64,000 nucleotides of DNA, taken from the NCBI RefSeq assembly GCF_964355755.1, contig NC_092670.1, positions 39,172,388 through 39,236,387 of the forward strand, given 5' to 3'. Numbering within the stretch: position 1 is the first letter of the stretch; each line of letters begins with the position of its first letter. This document shows positions 58,254 through 64,000 of this stretch, piece after piece. This DNA comes from Antedon mediterranea (lineage: Eukaryota; Animalia; Echinodermata). Both the position numbers and the translations under genes were made by a program. The notes below the pieces were generated by a model. That model had not been told where the DNA came from, searched no databases, and worked only from the letters and a program-made list of their open reading frames with translations.

Positions 58254-60648
58254 CATTGGAGATGTTCTAAGACACAGGTACCCAAACATTCCTAAAGTAC
58301 CTAATGTTGCTTTTTCTCCCCAAGAAAATGCAATTATATTTTAAGGTGAAGCTGTTATTGACTGTTTCAGAGGTTTTCCTAAGCTTGAAGAACTCGCTTG
58401 AAATCATGATCTTGCCATATATTATACTACAAGCCTACAGCATTTCAAGGTCTGAGATTATATACTTATTAACATTTTTCATGGAGCTTATGCCAAATAA
58501 TCTGATGATTGAATTATTCGGAGCAGTTGGATCATGGCGAAGATAGCGTATGAGAATGGATGCGATGGAATGTTTCTGAGGCTGCACACCCAACTGGATA
58601 ACGTCTGGAAAATGACTGTGGTGTACAAAATTAACTTGCTTCATGAAATTAAACAGTTTATAATATTGGAGTTAAATACAGTTTTAAATTATTGCTAGCT
58701 ACCAAAAAAAAAAAAAATATTTAAGCCTATAGCTTGTGTCGTACCTAAAATACCGTGAATAAAAAAAAAACTGTTAAATATTGCACGATAATTTGAAGCT
58801 TGCTTGCAGACCTAGGCAAAGATTAAAATCATATCAGAGAATAGAGATGAACAAAATATATAATGTACTATCGCTCGGAGTTCGCTCATTTTGTTTATTG
58901 ATATAACAAGTGATTGTATTTATTAATCCTAACTTCTTTATATATCTTAATTGACACTAGAAAAATACATCAATTGACGCGTCCGGTTTAGTACGCGCGC
59001 GTCAATATTAGGTCAATGATGATTTGATTTGTGCGTGCCTTTTGTGTTATTTGTTACAGTGCCTTTATGTATTTTCAACATGTCTTTCACTAGGGTTTAG
59101 TACTCAGAGCATACCCTACGTCATTACTATTTAAATCCAAAATAAATTAATTTAACGTAGTGTTTTTCTCCTAACAATAAGATGTCCGTTTATTGATTCG
59201 ATTTAATAAAATAAATTAATATTAGTTCCAAAACAACAGATTAACGCAACACGATTTCGGCCAGGAAAACCGAATAAATAATGTAGAATAAATTCGTGAT
59301 TTCAGTTGAGTTTACCTCAATTCTAATTTTATTTTATTACCGATTACAGTTACACAATTACTTACGAACATGCAGGTTATACAAAAGGCCGAATTAGAGT
59401 TTTTGAAGAAAATTATTTTAAATACGTCAATGTGACGTCACGACATACATTAATTAAGATCTTAGAATGTGTGTACGACCAAAATGTTACTTTTCTAGGT
59501 CTAAGTCTAAAAATTAGGAAACTTTCTTACAGAATCGTCAATAATTACTAATGGTTTACAGAATTTCTACGAAAACACATATTATTGATGTGATGTTGAT
59601 GCATCAACTAATGTTAATTTTGTTTTTTTAAATCATACTCACTAGGAATAGATATACGACAGTAGTGTGCATGCATGGAAAACCAACACTCCCCTGCGTT
59701 CAATTAGTTAATGATTTATTTATAAATGTTGTAATATACTCGACAACAACAAATAAAAAACAATAACGAACATGAGTGCATACCCACACATGATAGCTGT
59801 CAAGATCAGTGGACATTTTAAAATCGTATAGACGCTATCACAACATAATTTTCTTTGTAAGCATGCGCAAAAAACGTTCATCAGTATAGTGTTATTGTTA
59901 TTAATTTGTATGCCACATAGGGAAAAGTCCTTAATGTGTTGAACACGTCATTTGAATATACAGTAATTATATTTATATCATGGTCTAATGAAATATCAAA
60001 ATGTTGTGATAATGAATGAAAATAAATACAATTTATCGAACAATAGTGATTCAATCTGTTATTAGGCCTACTTTGTTATGTTTCGCAATCAGCAAACACG
60101 GCTACACGTCAGCTAAACACCAATCGTATCAATCTATACATTGTTATCATTCAAGACCGGTGATTTTAGCTAAATTATATATTTAAACTACCGACTGACA
60201 ATCGGAATGCCGCCGCCTGTCGTCAAGGGAGAGAGACAGGTAGCGTAATCAGTTTACGCATGCGTACACATATTGTATCATCATAACTGAGTAAAGGTAT
60301 CTAATTAGCAAAGATGATTCAACATTGAGACATAATTTACGTCATTGTAAATTTGACGAATAGGGATTTAGTAATACACGATAGGTTTAACCAATACGAA
60401 CGGTAATCAACACCTGATAATATATTACATTTTGGTGGGAATCGTCACGTCTCCTTCAGGATGTTGAATAACATGATGGAATAAATGAATCAACGGCCGA
60501 TTTAATGAATGAATAATGAATAAACGTATGTCAGTAACAATTAAGCATCATGGGTACTTCCCAATACTGAACTGACTATCCTGAACATTAGCATTACACT
60601 GCTGCAGTGTAGCATTTTGGAAAGTTTACTGATGGAAGGCCGTACTTA

Positions 60649-61128
60649 AGCTTGGTTCCCACTAGCGACACGCTACGCAGAACGCAACGCAAGCGTTTTA
60701 ACCAATGAAAAGCGAAGTCATAGACAGTTAGCAATCAAAAGCGAATAAGCCATCGCTTGTGATTGGTCTAAAGAGCCAACAACATCGGCAAGGGTTCGAG
60801 GCCGACTCGCTCCTAGTTCTGGTGGTGGAACAAGTCTTCTCGGATAAGGACTATAAACCGTAGGTCCAGTGTACACAGTTATAACCTGTGTGCACTTTAA
60901 AGAACCCAGTTCATTATTCGAAAAGAGTAGGGGGTTACCCCGGTGAACTGGTTCACAAAATAGCCCCTGTATCAGGGGGATTACCACCTATCTGATAGGA
61001 CAGTGATTAATTCACTATTGGTAATCCTTGGCCACATTGCCTAAAGACATAAAATAAAAAAAAATAAAAAAAATTCACTTGCGTTGCGTTACGTCCTTGC
61101 GTTTTGCGTCGCTAGTGGGAACCACGCT
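60649..61128. mobile_element. MITE family B copy split by a SINE insertion
   Basis: tta|agcttggttcccactag...gattggtc [SINE] aattcacttgcg...gggaaccacgct|tta. Confidence 0.85.
60769..61071 (+). mobile_element. Deu-SINE (tail type 2), 5'-truncated within the tRNA head, poly(A) end
   Basis: B-box ggttcga, Deu core, tail ccttggccacattgcctaaagacat, A-rich end. Confidence 0.85.
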
Positions 61129-61687
61129 TTAGTAACATAAGCAAATGCCCTTCTAATAATTGTGTTTGCCCCCGCCTGCGTGATATCAAACCTGCGATGT
61201 TTGCAGCACTGTTGCGTCGTCGGTTCCAACTTGTGATTACCTACGCAATAATCACTTTTCGTCAATACGTCGTTGCGTTGCGTTCTAGTGGGAACCACGC
61301 TTTAAGCTAAGGGAAACAAAAACATCTCCTATCTAAGTGAATACAATTTAAGGGAAATACCATGAAGTTTATTAAGTTAAGTGAAATACTTAGTATTTAA
61401 GGAAAACATTTCAGTGTTTGGTGAATACGGTCACTGTGTCCTATTTTCCACATTACCTGGCGCAGCAGGTTGTTTGCATGAAGTGAGTCATTTTCATTTT
61501 CTATTTCAAATTTCGAAACAATTACCATTGTGTTATTGTACGAAGACTAAAGTTAATTTACTGCAAAAAGAAGATTGAGGAGACGGAAGCATACACACCG
61601 GGATCGCTCGTGGCTATATCGATAAAACAACAAGTACAGAGATTTAGAAAAGCATCAAATTACCTGATTCACTGGAAATCTTGTAAA

Positions 61688-62360
61688 ATCACCTCTTTAC
61701 CTGGCACTGTGTCAATCCGGAACACTACATCATAATTCTGATTCCTTAGAAAGAATTATAAATTATATAGTACATTTAATTTAACCAAAAAATTATATTA
61801 AACTGTTATTGTGCACTGATGGTAAAGATAATATAGGAAAATAATTAATAACATAATAATATAGATCTAGCATAACCACCTCTTTACCTGGCACTGTGTC
61901 AATCCGGCAAACTACATCATAATTCCAAATACTTATAAAGAATTATGAAAACATTTCTTCTGGTTTCGATTCGTATAATGATATAAGTAGTTCTTTGATA
62001 GTAGACCATGGTTTAATATCAAAGAACTACTTATATCACTTATAAAGAATTAGAAATTATATAGTACATTTAACAAAAAATAATAATAATACAAGTGTTA
62101 TTTTGGACTGATAAAGATAATATAGGATAATATTAATAACTTACATAATAATATAGATTTAGCAGAACCACACCTTTACCTGGTACTGTGTCAATCCGGC
62201 ACAGTAGGCCTACATATCATGATTCCAATTCATTATAAATAATTATAAATTATATAGAAATCATATAGTTCATTTAATAACAAATAATACAACTGTTATT
62301 TTAGACTGATGGTAAAGATAATAAAGGATAATAATAATTAAATAATAATACATAATTTAT
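61688..62360. repeat. Three diverged ~185-bp tandem units, the second interrupted by a ~100-bp insert
   Basis: cacctctttacctggcactgtgtcaatccgg recurs at ~61690, ~61877 and ~62169. Confidence 0.75.
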
Positions 62361-62380
62361 AATTCCAGATTTGGATAGGT

Positions 62381-63040
62381 TTAAGCTCGCCGAATTGGGT
62401 TGCGTTTGCTTATAAGCTTCGTACAGACTGAAGATTGACAAAAGTTCGGAGATGATGATAATAAACAGAAATAAATATCGAAAAATTTAAAATACTAATA
62501 ATCGTTACTCAAGTTAACATGTTTGCTCCAGTAGCGGCATACAAACGTCACAATTACTAACGGTATAAATATTTTAACACACCACGCATAAAAAAGTTTT
62601 TATGTTTATCCCCATTTAAACGAGTTTGTCTAATGCTATTTGTCAGTTCGTCTGTTATTCCCCCTTATAGTATCACTGACAATTGCAGCGCTGCTGCATT
62701 AATGATATATTAATTTGTAATTTAAAAGACTAACATTGACAGCTATAATTAAATTCTATAGTCGGTCAGGAAAAAGTAACATAGAAACAGAAAAGTTCAT
62801 TGTTATCTACGATTTCTTTCCAGTCGAGTTTAACCGCTTTACGTATTATAACGAATTGCCTCCTGCGATTTAGTAGGTCGGTAGCATTTATAAACGATAT
62901 GTTTGTGAAGCAAAGTTCTTGGGTGTTCCCTATTTATTAGAAATGGAACGATCGCCAACGGTGAATTGCCAACTTTTGTCTGATACGAGGCTTATAAGCA
63001 AAACGCAACCCACTGTTTGTTGAGAATTCAACGAGCTTAA
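62381..63040. mobile_element. Old non-autonomous DNA transposon with degenerate terminal inverted repeats
   Basis: ttaagctcg...gggttgcgtttgcttataagcttcgtacagac versus gtctgatacgaggcttataagcaaaacgcaaccc...cgagcttaa. Confidence 0.55.
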
Positions 63041-64000
63041 AAACTGTGCCGAGTCTGGCATATTAATTAATCGTAGCTTTATGTGGTTTACAGTCAAAAG
63101 CAGTCGATTGTCTTTATACTAAGGCGGGTTGAGCTGCAAGTTTTACGACGGGTGTATCCTAGCTTTCCCGTATAACGCCGATTTCAACTTATTAAAAGGA
63201 TTTCATTCGTAGGAAGGTAAGTACCATATTCAATCACGGAGACTATATAATTTATCTAGCATCTTAAGTCTAGGTTTCCCGACGTTTACATCAACATTTT
63301 TGCTTGCCGAAACTCAGTCTCGCCGCCCTTAATTGCCACTATATTAATACCTATTTATTTACTTTTACGAAGAATAATATTTTCATACCATTATTCATTT
63401 TTGCGCCTTAAAAAACTAGGTTAATGCCGTGAACTGTCATGTTACATACTGCTAACAATAATAACTCATGGTTTGTAAAAAGAAATAAACATATTATTAT
63501 AATAAAGATATTATAGGTCCTCAAAAATACATAAAAATGATTTGTTAAAAACCATAGGCCTACAATACAGAATTTTGGAACAATATCCTTTTTTTAGATC
63601 ACAGTTTATTTTCTTATATTCGTTTATCCATAAATGTACCTATTTGATTTCAAGCTATGCTAATTTTTAATAAAATTAAAAAGCTAATACAGTAAGAGGC
63701 CCATCAATCAATTGTAACATTCAGAGACAAGTTCTACGTTTGGATTGTTAATTCTGATGTTTGTGGAATTTTTTATACTGAGAGGAAATGCAATGAATGC
63801 TGTAATTTATATTTTAGAAAGTTTTTTTTCTTATCTTAATAACCGATTCATTTTCTAACACGTGGTTGCAAAAATTAACCCGGTTACCATAGTAACAAAG
63901 TCAACCGTCATTCATATATCCTGTTAGATTACACAGGTAAACAGTCCAAATAATTTAAAACCAGATAAAGATGACGTCACAAGGAACCATGTCGCCGACT

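Overview
AT-rich eukaryotic genomic DNA from an invertebrate deuterostome, probably an echinoderm (inferred from Deu-domain SINEs, a bursicon-alpha gene and TAGGCCTA-rich introns). Seven protein-coding genes: the 5' part of ABHD3-like (-), an intronless rhodopsin-class GPCR (-), FAM221A (-), an intronless 10.75-kb beta-heavy spectrin ORF (+) head-to-head with FAM221A that stops before the usual PH domain, two divergent tandem SLCO/OATP transporters (-), and bursicon-alpha (+). Non-coding DNA holds many small mobile elements: several MITE families, a 2-kb foldback-type element with an 8-bp target-site duplication (TSD), Deu-SINEs with two different tails, LINE 3' fragments and a minimal hammerhead ribozyme. 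The most unusual observations are the giant single-exon, PH-less spectrin; one MITE family found repeatedly at 5' splice donors, including opposite-orientation insertions at the same intron position of both SLCO paralogs; and CATG-ended mini-palindromes with 7-bp direct repeats that resemble P-element excision footprints, in or near CTAG/AGGCCT-rich patches beside promoters and CTCF-like motifs. Exon boundaries were read by eye and repeat boundaries are approximate.
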